This document shows positions 1 to 9,432 of a stretch of DNA of 64,000 bases, piece by piece (the first letter of the stretch is position 1; each line of letters begins with the position of its first letter). The notes under the pieces are model-generated. The model searched no databases. It saw only the letters and a program-made list of their open reading frames with translations, and had not been told where the DNA came from. Where the stretch lies: IMG/VR virus record IMGVR_UViG_3300025000_000053, positions 1 through 64,000 of that record. The stretch is one strand, 5' to 3'. Position numbers and translations under genes: made by a program.

Positions 1-239
1 TTGAGTAATCCGCAGCCAAGTCTCTAATATATTAGAGAAAGGTTCAACGACTATCCTTTAGCTTTGAAATAAGCAACAGGAGTAGGGCTCAAGTGAGTGG
101 GTGAAAATCCCTTAAATCGAAATAGGAAGCTCCTTAATGAATAATTCATTAAGGATGAAGATATAGTCTAGTATCTTATCGAAAGATAAGGAAGTTCATA
201 AGAGAACTGTATTGTTTAACGAACAATATGAATATATCG
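1..239 (+). mobile_element. Group I intron 1 (3' part; 5' end outside window), no ORF in P6, inserted in an RNAP beta-prime gene
   Basis: Core elements AATCCGCAGC (Q), GTTCAACGACTAT (R/P7), AAGATATAGTC (S/P7'), ending AATATATCG at 239; near-identical to four other copies in the window. Confidence 0.92.
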
Positions 240-404
240 GATCAAGTATCATTAAAGGTATTATTTTCTCAAGAAGCTAATCTTGAGGCAGAAAGAATTA
301 TGAAATCAAAAGGTCATATTCTTAATATCTATGGACAAAATATGAGAAAGACAACAAATGAAGGTGCTCATACTTTATTTATGCTAACGAAGTTTAATAA
401 ATAA
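240..404 (+). CDS. Last exon of a multisubunit RNA polymerase beta-prime subunit (segment starting at the final Asp of the catalytic DxDGD), probably virion RNAP
   Basis: Not in ORF track; translates DQVSLKVLFSQEANLEAERIMKSKGHILNIYGQNMRKTTNEGAHTLFMLTKFNK*, aligning by eye to RpoC [41 protein letters not shown]. Confidence 0.85.
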   Translation, partial: DQVSLKVLFSQEANLEAERIMKSKGHILNIYGQNMRKTTNEGAHTLFMLTKFNK

Positions 405-410
405 ATAATA

Positions 411-475
411 AAAATATATGTGATTTATTCACATATATTTTTTTCGTATTTTTAACATTAATAGATATATATTAT
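411..475 (+). promoter_or_regulatory. Terminator hairpin + CGTA + early-type promoter TATATATTAT (466-475)
   Basis: AAAATATATGTGA/TCACATATATTTT hairpin, then CGTA at 445 and the core motif 21 nt later; same layout at four other sites. Confidence 0.7.
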
Positions 476-523
476 TTTAGTAATATGAATAAAATAATAT
501 AAATTATAAGGGGGGTTTTCATA

Positions 524-856
524 ATGAAAATAACATTTGATTATACCATGAAGGAAGCCAATTCTATTAACGGTTTAATAACAGAGGCAAATAATGTTGC
601 TAAACTGTTATCTGAAACAAAAGGCGATGTTATTGTTATACCGTTTGAAAACAGGCTTGCAACATTGAAAGTTGTCAAAGGTGAAAAAGCTGTGCTAGAT
701 ATTAATGAAGATTTCTTTATTGATTCTTTGTCGTATTTAACACATGTTTATAACCGAATTGTACCACTTGTTTTAGCTTATAAAAATCTTATACAAGATA
801 TATTCCCTGTTGCAAAAGATTATGTAAACAAATGGTTTCCAAAGAAAGATAAATAA
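524..856 (+). CDS. Hypothetical protein (early-type promoter)
   Basis: 110-aa ORF with G-rich RBS, promoter motif upstream and terminator downstream. Confidence 0.8.
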   Translation: MKITFDYTMKEANSINGLITEANNVAKLLSETKGDVIVIPFENRLATLKVVKGEKAVLDINEDFFIDSLSYLTHVYNRIVPLVLAYKNLIQDIFPVAKDYVNKWFPKKDK

Positions 857-887
857 ATTTTTATATATTTTTATTTAATTTTACCTA

Positions 888-923
888 AAAAAATAAAGGT
901 GTAATAATCCACCTTTATTTTTT
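888..923. terminator. Intrinsic terminator hairpin
   Basis: AAAAAATAAAGGTG / CACCTTTATTTTTT inverted repeat. Confidence 0.8.
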
Positions 924-938
924 GTGTGTTCCTTGCTT

Positions 939-950
939 AACACTATTATA
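939..950 (+). promoter_or_regulatory. Late-type promoter AACA-N6-TA
   Basis: AACACTATTATA; same motif precedes capsid, sheath, terminase and other genes. Confidence 0.6.
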
Positions 951-1460
951 CTAAATTTTTATTTTCATGAACCCGTTTCCTACTATAAAAAGAAATGGGG
1001 GTGATTAAAGAATTGATAATACAATTTATATAAATATAAAACATATTTATCATAGATATTGATAATATTTTTAACTCAAATAATTTATATCTTCTATCAG
1101 TAAAATAACATATAGAAGGGAGGGATGCCTATATACACATAACGATGTATATGGGATAACCTCTAATTATTTGCGAGTTTAAAAATATTATCTTTATATA
1201 ACTTTATTTAGAATTCGCCTACAAACTCCCCATAGACACTTGTGTATATAGGCAATCTATGATGGATGGGGACACTATCGGTTTAGAATATGATGAAGAA
1301 TAATATGCTACCTATTTGTTACAATGAATTTAGATAGTGTGAAAAAATACCTACTATTTTACAATTAAATATGTTCCGATATAAATAGTAGTAATGGTGA
1401 ATTTATTTTTATAAAATAAAAATAAAGCTCTGTGTAAATAATCCACAGAGCTTTATTTTT
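950..1460 (+). ncRNA. Candidate large structured non-coding RNA of unknown family
   Basis: No ORF >=60 aa; bounded by late promoter and terminator; nested stems 1061-1084/1166-1192, 1211-1219/1396-1404, 1272-1279/1333-1340, 1351-1359/1383-1391; perfect 14-bp pairing 1126-1139/1241-1254. Confidence 0.55.
1418..1460. terminator. Bidirectional intrinsic terminator
   Basis: AAAAATAAAGCTCTGTG / CACAGAGCTTTATTTTT. Confidence 0.85.
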
Positions 1461-1805
1461 TTATTTTTTTTCAATAACATCGGGTATAATTTCTGGTTTT
1501 AAATTTTTAATTTCTTTCTGTTCAGACTTAGTACTTTTATTACTTTGTATAGGAACATTTTGAATTACTACTGGTTTTGATTTAGGGATTTCTTCCTTTA
1601 TATCATTGTCTTTATCAAAATTACGAGCTGTTAATTTAATTTCAGTACCATCTTTAAGTACTTCAACAACATTAACACCTTTACTAATCATAGCAAAGAT
1701 AGTGGAAGTTTGTTCTGTATAAGGACTTAAGATTGGTCCATACACTCCACCCTTTGCCATAATAGGAGCTGTGCTAAGGATTTTAATATTTTTAGTTTTA
1801 ATCAT
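1461..1805 (-). CDS. Hypothetical protein
   Basis: 114-aa ORF with GGAGGG RBS. Confidence 0.8.
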   Translation of the reverse strand: MIKTKNIKILSTAPIMAKGGVYGPILSPYTEQTSTIFAMISKGVNVVEVLKDGTEIKLTARNFDKDNDIKEEIPKSKPVVIQNVPIQSNKSTKSEQKEIKNLKPEIIPDVIEKK

Positions 1806-1827
1806 TTGTTAAACCCTCCAATTTTAT

Positions 1828-2079
1828 TTAATAATTAGTATCCGGAATAAAATTTTCTTTAATATGCTTTAATTTTTCTTCCATATCCTGTTCTTCATCA
1901 AACTCAGGAATTCCGTCAACAAGTTTTTTAATTTCAGTACTTTCATCATCATCTATCAAGCCGGTATCATCCAAGATAGCATCACGAATATCATCATCGC
2001 CACTACTTTGGGCTACAGCTTCCATTAAAAACAGTTCTTGATTACTTTTACGAATATTTTTTTTAAGGTTAGATAACAA
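1828..2079 (-). CDS. Hypothetical acidic protein (start revised to TTG at 2079)
   Basis: GGGGGT RBS before TTG 2079; late motif at 2101-2112 (-); the longer ORF-track start overlaps the upstream gene. Confidence 0.65.
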   Translation of the reverse strand: MLSNLKKNIRKSNQELFLMEAVAQSSGDDDIRDAILDDTGLIDDDESTEIKKLVDGIPEFDEEQDMEEKLKHIKENFIPDTNY

Positions 2080-2122
2080 TATAATTACCCCCAATCTTTT
2101 TATTAAAATGTTTAAATGAAAA

Positions 2123-3313
2123 TTAGTTATTAGAAACAAATTTATTATAATAATATCGGAGAATAAATAATAACATAGGTATTTTAATATATGAATTAAA
2201 AGTATATTCCATATAATCATATTCTTCTAATTTTTCTAAATTTATATTATAAACTGAATCAATATGTTTATTAAAATAATCTACTAATAAATTTTCAATA
2301 ATAAAATCATCACTAAGTTTAACATCAGTCATTATACTATTTAAAACTTCTTCCTCAATATAATTATCACCACTATTAGTAAATGAAATAGAATTAACAT
2401 TATCCATATAATAAAGAAATATAGAATTATAATTTTGAATTATTGCATTGATATATTTAATACTTGTAGGTAAATTCTTTTTACCTCTTTCTAATAATCT
2501 ATAAATTGATTTCTCATATTCAATCACAAATGATAAACTATCATCTTCATTAACCAAACAAATTGTATTAAAATTATATTTTTCATTAAATAAGATATTA
2601 TTATTAATAAAATGATTTAAATATTTATCATAGAATTTATTACCAAATTCATTATTAAATATAAAGCAATTATATTTTTTATTGAAAAAAAATATTTTAT
2701 ACTTATCAGCTATATATCTATAAATTTCATTTAGTTTAAGTATTTTATAATAATCATCTTCTCGAATTAAACACTTTTCTTGTGTACCAATATTTCTTAA
2801 TACACAATTATATATTTCATTAATTTGATTTTCTAAATCCGTAACTAATTCTCCATAAGCTGATTTTAAAGTAAAAGAAATTTTATAATAATTATTACTC
2901 TTTATAGTATCATATTTAACTTCTGTTACCATAAATAAATAATTTTTATCTAAATATGAAATAGTAAAAAAATCATTTGGTAAAGGTTTAAGTGTATTAG
3001 GAAGAATAATAAGTTCACTATCAAAATTAGTTGTTAAACCCTCTTCTTCTTCACTTAATTCCAACATAATAGATTCTAAACCATATACAGGAAAGTCGTT
3101 TATCTTTTTAAACTTTAGTGGAGAATTTTCCCCTAATAAATCTTCAATATTTTCAAATCCACTATCAGTAATACTATTAATATTATCAATATTATAATAT
3201 GTAACAAATGTAGGATTTTTATCTAAAAATCTAGAATATTGAGAATTCATTCTTTCTTCATACTTAAAAATATTTTCATTAATAAAAGTTTTATCATCTA
3301 TTAAATATCCCAA
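2123..3313 (-). CDS. Probable virion structural protein
   Basis: 396-aa ORF, GAGGAG RBS, late motif at 3346-3357 (-). Confidence 0.55.
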   Translation of the reverse strand: MGYLIDDKTFINENIFKYEERMNSQYSRFLDKNPTFVTYYNIDNINSITDSGFENIEDLLGENSPLKFKKINDFPVYGLESIMLELSEEEEGLTTNFDSELIILPNTLKPLPNDFFTISYLDKNYLFMVTEVKYDTIKSNNYYKISFTLKSAYGELVTDLENQINEIYNCVLRNIGTQEKCLIREDDYYKILKLNEIYRYIADKYKIFFFNKKYNCFIFNNEFGNKFYDKYLNHFINNNILFNEKYNFNTICLVNEDDSLSFVIEYEKSIYRLLERGKKNLPTSIKYINAIIQNYNSIFLYYMDNVNSISFTNSGDNYIEEEVLNSIMTDVKLSDDFIIENLLVDYFNKHIDSVYNINLEKLEEYDYMEYTFNSYIKIPMLLFILRYYYNKFVSNN

Positions 3314-3493
3314 GATTTACTCAACTCCTCTCATATATTTTAAATTAATATAATGTTAAAAAATATAAAGAAAATGATTTTTTCGTATTTTTATTATATT
3401 TATTTATATATTATTTAAATATATTTAATAAAATAATCTTACTAATAAGGGTAAATAAAAATACTTATTAGATAGAAAGGATGAAAAAAATTA

Positions 3494-3910
3494 ATGGAAA
3501 CTTTAAATGATGTTTTATTACAGAATAGATGTGATTATTATAATGTATGCCTGGAACATGATTGTCCTTGTGCATTAGATAGTAAGGAATTCGATCCCGT
3601 ATTATATAATAAATTACAAGAAGATTATTATAATGATTTAAAATCTCTTGGTTTTATTAATAGTATTGATAGTAGTATTATAGATGAAGATTATTGTGAT
3701 GATGAAAATGATGATAGAGAAGAAGATAATTATATTGATTTTTATATAAGTAATAATGAAATAAAGGTAGGTGATTCTGTAGGATTTTATCCATATGATA
3801 GTTATGATATGATAGAAGGTAAAGTAATAGGAATAGTTGATAAAATTTTATTTATTGTTTGTTATAATGGGAGATTATATAAGGTTGATGAACTCGATAT
3901 TCTTAAATAA
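3494..3910 (+). CDS. Hypothetical protein with acidic linker and short beta-rich C-terminus
   Basis: 138-aa ORF, early cassette at 3384-3414. Confidence 0.75.
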   Translation: METLNDVLLQNRCDYYNVCLEHDCPCALDSKEFDPVLYNKLQEDYYNDLKSLGFINSIDSSIIDEDYCDDENDDREEDNYIDFYISNNEIKVGDSVGFYPYDSYDMIEGKVIGIVDKILFIVCYNGRLYKVDELDILK

Positions 3911-4002
3911 AAGAATGAGTATATTCTTTTATTTTTTTAGGAACATAGAAAAAAATAAATCAGTATAAAAATTTACTGATTTATTTTTAATAAATATAAA
4001 AT

Positions 4003-4266
4003 TTAAATATAAAGTTTTTCTTTATACTCATTTAACATATAAATAGCATTATCCCTCTTATCAGTATAAAGTTCTAACAATTCTTGAGGTGACAATAAAT
4101 CCCAATTATCTGTGTCAATAATAAATCTACCATTTTTGTGAAGACTTTGCAATTCTTCTGAAGTAAGAATTAATTTTAGTTTCATATGATGAAATAACAG
4201 TCCTTCTTTCTCAGCTTTCGCAAATAAAGGTTGGAACATTTTTAAAATTTTTTGTTCCTGAGTCAT
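4003..4266 (-). CDS. Hypothetical protein, paralog family A
   Basis: AEKEGLLF...GRFII..NWDLLSP motif shared with neighbours. Confidence 0.8.
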   Translation of the reverse strand: MTQEQKILKMFQPLFAKAEKEGLLFHHMKLKLILTSEELQSLHKNGRFIIDTDNWDLLSPQELLELYTDKRDNAIYMLNEYKEKLYI

Positions 4267-4283
4267 AAATAAATCACTCCAAA

Positions 4284-4568
4284 TTATTTTTTATAGGATT
4301 TTTGAATTCTTATTTTAAATGTTTCAAGCTGATTTTCAATATTCCTTTTCCTGCACTCTAACAACTTAACTTCTTCCATAGGATCCCTCAGTATCCAATT
4401 AGGTGGACCCCAAATAAATCGTCCTTCTATATGACATTTTCTTAATTCATCAGGAGTGAACCATGAACCCTCACGTTCCAAATAAAACCATAACCCTTTT
4501 TCATCAGCCTCTTTAAACATAGGCTCTAATGATTCTAAAATAGCATTAATATTTATTGAATTAAACAT
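4284..4568 (-). CDS. Hypothetical protein, paralog family A
   Basis: ADEKGLWF..WFTPDEL..GRFIW...NWILRDP. Confidence 0.8.
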   Translation of the reverse strand: MFNSININAILESLEPMFKEADEKGLWFYLEREGSWFTPDELRKCHIEGRFIWGPPNWILRDPMEEVKLLECRKRNIENQLETFKIRIQKSYKK

Positions 4569-4689
4569 TTTATCACCCCTAAAATTTTATTCTTATTGTA
4601 TTAATAATATATATTTAATTTTTTAACCTGGTCAATCAAAGATTTTGAAATTTCTTTTTTCTTATGTTACATTATTTTATAACCTCCAT

Positions 4690-4983
4690 TTATAAATCAA
4701 CCATTATTCGTTTATCAGAAGGATTATCAATTGAATCTCTAACATTACTAATTAATTCTTCAATTTTTATTTTCTTAGATTCCAATCTTTTAATCAATTT
4801 TTCAGGATGTTCAAGTCTCCAATTTCTAGATTTAATAAGTTTTCTTTTCATTAAAGACTTAAATTCAGGCACATTATACCAACAACCACTATTCATACCA
4901 AGGAACCATAATCCATTTTCTTCGGCATCTTTAATCATTTGATTTAATATTTCTTGATTTTTATCATTTATCATATTAAACAC
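4690..4983 (-). CDS. Hypothetical protein, paralog family A
   Basis: AEENGLWF..WYNVPEF...NWRLEHP. Confidence 0.8.
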   Translation of the reverse strand: MFNMINDKNQEILNQMIKDAEENGLWFLGMNSGCWYNVPEFKSLMKRKLIKSRNWRLEHPEKLIKRLESKKIKIEELISNVRDSIDNPSDKRIMVDL

Positions 4984-5027
4984 TCCTAAAATTTATTATT
5001 CATTACTTTAATAATATATATATATAT

Positions 5028-5585
5028 TTAATTTTTTATATAATTTTCAATTTTATTTATCTCTAATTGTATTATTTCTTTTTTTTCATATAAAGAGTTA
5101 AGAATATCGTTATGACCACGTAACTCCCATTTTGTTTTACACATAATATATTCAATATTGTTATAATAATCTATTATTCCATTAGGTGTGAACCAAATTT
5201 TTAAAAATTCATCATAAAGTAATAACTTTTCATTCCTAGCTTTATTAATTAAAGATTCCAATGTTTTAAGATAATTAATTATTTCATTTTTACTAGAAAT
5301 AGAAAAAGATTCATTCCTAGATAAAATATTTGTATAATCAAACAATCCCTCATTAACTAGTTTATCCAAATAATCCGACTGAATAAATTCTATATCTAAA
5401 GGTTTAAAATTTAAAAAACTTACATCTACGTTACCGTATTTATAAATACGGTAGTTATATTCCATTTTACAAGCAGCCCTATAAATTTTAATTAGTTTAG
5501 TTATATCAATATTCTTTTGACATAATTCAAAATACCAGTCCATTAATAATATTGCTTTATCATTATAAAAAGAATTAAAAAGCAT
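5028..5585 (-). CDS. Hypothetical protein with C-terminal family A domain
   Basis: ARNEKLLL..IWFTP...KWELRG. Confidence 0.75.
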   Translation of the reverse strand: MLFNSFYNDKAILLMDWYFELCQKNIDITKLIKIYRAACKMEYNYRIYKYGNVDVSFLNFKPLDIEFIQSDYLDKLVNEGLFDYTNILSRNESFSISSKNEIINYLKTLESLINKARNEKLLLYDEFLKIWFTPNGIIDYYNNIEYIMCKTKWELRGHNDILNSLYEKKEIIQLEINKIENYIKN

Positions 5586-5609
5586 GTATAAAAGACCCCC
5601 ATTATTTTT

Positions 5610-6191
5610 TTAATAAACTAATATATTCTTAACTTTATTCCAAATAAATACGAAATGTTCTAAAGCGAACTTATCGGCATATAATTCACTAACATCAAAA
5701 TTATGTGCTATACGTATAGGGTCATATTTATCAAGTTCTGATAATTTAAACATGATACATAAAGTATTTTTAATTATATTATCAAAATAAAAACTAGTGC
5801 TAATATCTTGATTATATTTATATAGTTCATTTAATTGAGCAATGTGACCATACTCATGTAATAAAAGCAAGAGAAAATTTGTTTCTGGGCTTAATTCTAA
5901 TCCAGTATTATATTTTAAAAAATTACCAAATCTTTCATTAGTTGATTTATAAAATTCAGGATATTGTTTATAAAAGCTTTCACAATCCTCATGTCTAATA
6001 TTTATTTCAGCAATAAATCTTTTTTTGTTTTTGTCCGAATAATTTTCATTAAATTCAACAAAAGCAAATTGATCTAAAAGGTCTTCTGGTACTGACTTAT
6101 ATTCCGATTCAATTAATTTAATCTTAACCTTACCATGTTTAAATTTAAATTCCTTTTTACAAAATTGAATACAATTTTCATAGAATGACAT
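5610..6191 (-). CDS. Putative zincin metallopeptidase (ImmA/IrrE-like motif layout)
   Basis: LLLLHEYGH and downstream ELYADKFA. Confidence 0.6.
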   Translation of the reverse strand: MSFYENCIQFCKKEFKFKHGKVKIKLIESEYKSVPEDLLDQFAFVEFNENYSDKNKKRFIAEINIRHEDCESFYKQYPEFYKSTNERFGNFLKYNTGLELSPETNFLLLLLHEYGHIAQLNELYKYNQDISTSFYFDNIIKNTLCIMFKLSELDKYDPIRIAHNFDVSELYADKFALEHFVFIWNKVKNILVY

Positions 6192-6439
6192 ATGCTATAA
6201 CCACCTTTTAATATTTTTTAATATAAAAATAACACCCTGGATACTCAACATAATGTATTTCAGTACCTGGTGTGGAGTCGTTATTAAGTGTATAACTAAC
6301 ACCATAATTACTACAACTTAATATATTTACAGCTATATATTCATCTTTTTACTAAATTTTTCATTATAAAATATTTCTTTACGACCCAATACTGCTTCAA
6401 CTAAATCCATAAATCTAGTTAATGGTGTATAATTTGGTT

Positions 6440-6736
6440 TCATTTAAAGTCACCCCAATTTAAAACTATATTTTTTATCACCTTAATAATATTATCAATT
6501 TTATTTTTTATTAAACCTTGTAACACTTCAAGTGTTGTTCGCACATCCCATTCATTGATATTAATTCTAGAACTTTGGTATAATATTTTAAATTCACTAG
6601 GACTAAGCCATTCATAACTTACAGTGTTATAAAATAAAAAACCTCCTGTCTTTTCCATATCTTCAACTAATTTATTTAAAGAATCTATTATTTCATAATT
6701 GAATATATGAGATTTATCAAAACCCTTGGATTTCAT
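6440..6736 (-). CDS. Hypothetical protein, divergent family A paralog
   Basis: MEKTGGFLF..EWLSPSEF...EWDVR. Confidence 0.7.
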   Translation of the reverse strand: MKSKGFDKSHIFNYEIIDSLNKLVEDMEKTGGFLFYNTVSYEWLSPSEFKILYQSSRININEWDVRTTLEVLQGLIKNKIDNIIKVIKNIVLNWGDFK

Positions 6737-7764
6737 TTAAATTTAACCTCCTTTTTAATTAAATTAATCTCATTCTTTTTTACACCATAATCTTTTCCTA
6801 AGCTATTATAATACAAATTTATCTTATTGACAAAAGGATTTAATTCTTCGAATAGGTTTTTATAAAACCATGGTTTTTTATCTTTATCTGAAAATATATT
6901 AATAACGACATTTCCTATTACACCTGATTGAATATAAAATTTTAATACATTAATAAACCCACACCCACATACTGCTGTATATATTTTATTACTTTTTTCT
7001 TTATCAAATACATTATAATATAAACCTAAAACATCAAATACACCTTCAGCTATATTCACAGTAATAGTTTTAGGTGAGAGTAAATCAATAGTATTAGGAA
7101 TCGAATAAAACTTTCTAGTATTATCTAGATTTTTATATATGCTGTATTTAAAGTACCTTTTATATTTTCCACTGGTATCTCTAAATACAATGTGTTCATT
7201 CTTAGCTGATAAGAATCCTACATATTTATTATGTAATAAACTGGCTTGTTCTTTATTAGTTGTTATGGTTTTAATATTATTATGTCTAAGAAATTCTCCA
7301 AAATTGAATACTACTTTTAATTTAATAAATTCCTCTTCAGTAATATTTATACCAAGTCTATTCTCAATATATTCTTTCTTCTCTTTCACTAATTCTTTTA
7401 ATACTGATAGTGGTATTTTAAAATCAAAAATATTATTTTTTATACCCAATGTCTTATTAATTTTTCCTATAGTTTCTTTATTATAAGATAATAATTTACT
7501 ATTAATCTGTAAATCATTAATCCTAAATGTTCTCAATATAGATGGAGTCATAACACCTGATATATCACATAAGAAACAATGGAAAATAATGGGTGTATTT
7601 GTGTTCAATTCAATTTTTATAAAGAAGTGAGCACTTGTGCTATTCTTTATACTATCACCACAAAAAGGACAACGAATCACTATTTGTGATTCGTTGACAC
7701 TTTTCGAAGAATGCACACTAAGTAATTTATTTCTTATTTTTAATTTAAAAGAATAATTATCCAT
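6733..7764 (-). CDS. DNA primase (zinc-binding + TOPRIM, T4 gp61-like)
   Basis: CPFCGDS...CFLC zinc ribbon; IAEGVFD and SDKD TOPRIM motifs. Confidence 0.8.
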   Translation of the reverse strand: MDNYSFKLKIRNKLLSVHSSKSVNESQIVIRCPFCGDSIKNSTSAHFFIKIELNTNTPIIFHCFLCDISGVMTPSILRTFRINDLQINSKLLSYNKETIGKINKTLGIKNNIFDFKIPLSVLKELVKEKKEYIENRLGINITEEEFIKLKVVFNFGEFLRHNNIKTITTNKEQASLLHNKYVGFLSAKNEHIVFRDTSGKYKRYFKYSIYKNLDNTRKFYSIPNTIDLLSPKTITVNIAEGVFDVLGLYYNVFDKEKSNKIYTAVCGCGFINVLKFYIQSGVIGNVVINIFSDKDKKPWFYKNLFEELNPFVNKINLYYNSLGKDYGVKKNEINLIKKEVKFK

Positions 7765-7776
7765 ATAAAAAACCTC

Positions 7777-9315
7777 TTATAGTTGATTTAAGAAACTTAA
7801 GAATTCATCAGACACAACATCTTGGTTGATTTCAAGTTTTTCACCAAGTTTATCTAGATGATCATAATCAACAATAGTAAATGTTGAATTTAAAATAGTT
7901 GATAATAAATTTAAAATCAAATTAGATTTCTTTATTTCTTCAAGAGTTGAATATTTGTCTTGTATCAATGATTGATACAATGGTGTTTCTTCTAATTTAT
8001 TTAAAAATTTTGTGTTTTGAATAGTACGAGTATTTAAACGACCCTCAATATTTCCACTTATAATTTGCGGAAGATACAAACCACCCTGAATTTGTAATCT
8101 TCTCTTCAGCAATATAACAAGAATTATATATTGCTTTCTTGTTAACAAATTTAAATCTCTATATCCACCAAAATATTTGGCATAGAAATAATGAACCAAT
8201 TGTTTTTGAAATTTATTTTTCTTATGAAATTTCTTATAGAAAGTAATTTCATCTTTAGTAATCTTAACACCAATTTTTTTCTTAATTTTTTTAATTGTGC
8301 TTTTGATATTTACTTCAGATAATATTATCAATGATTCATCTATTTTATTAGAGTTCATTTCAAACTTATCTAAACCACTTAAACCATCTTCACCACTTTT
8401 ATCCGCACTTAATTCAACGAGATTAACTTTATAGTTTTTCTTAATAACAAAATAAAGTTGTTTCTCTAATATAAAAGAATTAAAATTAACAATGTTTTTA
8501 TTAAAAACATATTTAAACATAGTTTCAGTTATGATATTCTTTTTCAATAAACTGTTAAGATAAATTAATGGATCAACACCAAATATTTCTTGTTGTTCCC
8601 ACATTGGTTTATTGGAGGATAAATTCTTATTTATTTTAGCTGATACTGTCACCATTAATTTATTATAAATATTAATACCGTTACCATACAATTCAAATAA
8701 ACCTTTATAAAAAGTATAAATGTAATCAACATCTTTCTTAATGTTATTCACATTAATATATTGAAATACTACTGGAATCATTATTTTAATAGACATCGAA
8801 ATCATCATCATTATCTTGGCATGTTCATTCGTTATCTCTAATGACTCACTATACTTCTTTTTATCATTACTAGTCAAATCAATATAATAATTATCTTCAA
8901 CCATTTTGATAATCTTTTCTTTCATACTATCAGTAAATAATATACCATATAAAAGTTTAATAAAAGTTTTAGGTTTTTTAACAGGTTTAGTTTTATCATC
9001 AATAAAATATTTGAGTTTAAAGTATGACATTAATAATTCATTATTAGTATCATAAAATTTAATAAAATAATTCAAATAATGAATTATACCTTTTTCATTC
9101 TTAATTATACCATTTTCATTTTTTTTATTGGTATTATTAAGTTGATTAACATATGATTCTTTCTTAATAATAAAAACATTCAATGTACTGGCACTATCTT
9201 TTTTAAATATTTTATCAAATGGGATTATTATTAATTTCCCATCACACTTGATGATATTATCTTCTTCTTCGGGCTCCCATTCATCTACTCTTATTAAGTC
9301 GGTAACACAATCCAT
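7777..9315 (-). CDS. Non-virion RNAP promoter-specificity (sigma-like) subunit, AR9 gp226-like
   Basis: Blocks IPFDKIFKKD..NVFIIKKESY, IYNKL, LSGLDKFEMN..DESLIILSEVNIKSTIKKIKKK resemble AR9 gp226 as recalled; two genes from GroEL as in AR9 (gp226/gp228); early motifs upstream. Confidence 0.75.
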   Translation of the reverse strand: MDCVTDLIRVDEWEPEEEDNIIKCDGKLIIIPFDKIFKKDSASTLNVFIIKKESYVNQLNNTNKKNENGIIKNEKGIIHYLNYFIKFYDTNNELLMSYFKLKYFIDDKTKPVKKPKTFIKLLYGILFTDSMKEKIIKMVEDNYYIDLTSNDKKKYSESLEITNEHAKIMMMISMSIKIMIPVVFQYINVNNIKKDVDYIYTFYKGLFELYGNGINIYNKLMVTVSAKINKNLSSNKPMWEQQEIFGVDPLIYLNSLLKKNIITETMFKYVFNKNIVNFNSFILEKQLYFVIKKNYKVNLVELSADKSGEDGLSGLDKFEMNSNKIDESLIILSEVNIKSTIKKIKKKIGVKITKDEITFYKKFHKKNKFQKQLVHYFYAKYFGGYRDLNLLTRKQYIILVILLKRRLQIQGGLYLPQIISGNIEGRLNTRTIQNTKFLNKLEETPLYQSLIQDKYSTLEEIKKSNLILNLLSTILNSTFTIVDYDHLDKLGEKLEINQDVVSDEFLSFLNQL

Positions 9316-9432
9316 TATTAATATCCCACCCCCTAAAAAATACTCTCCGCTTCTGATATGTATTCTCTATTTCTATATTAATATAATATATAATTCATTT
9401 TATCTTATAATATATAGTTTAGGATGGGATAT

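Noticed and set aside
995-1062. Short ORFs after GGGGGTG inside the candidate RNA
   Set aside because: Under ~20 codons, and the G-run pairs with CCCGTTTC (972-979); a leader peptide cannot be fully excluded
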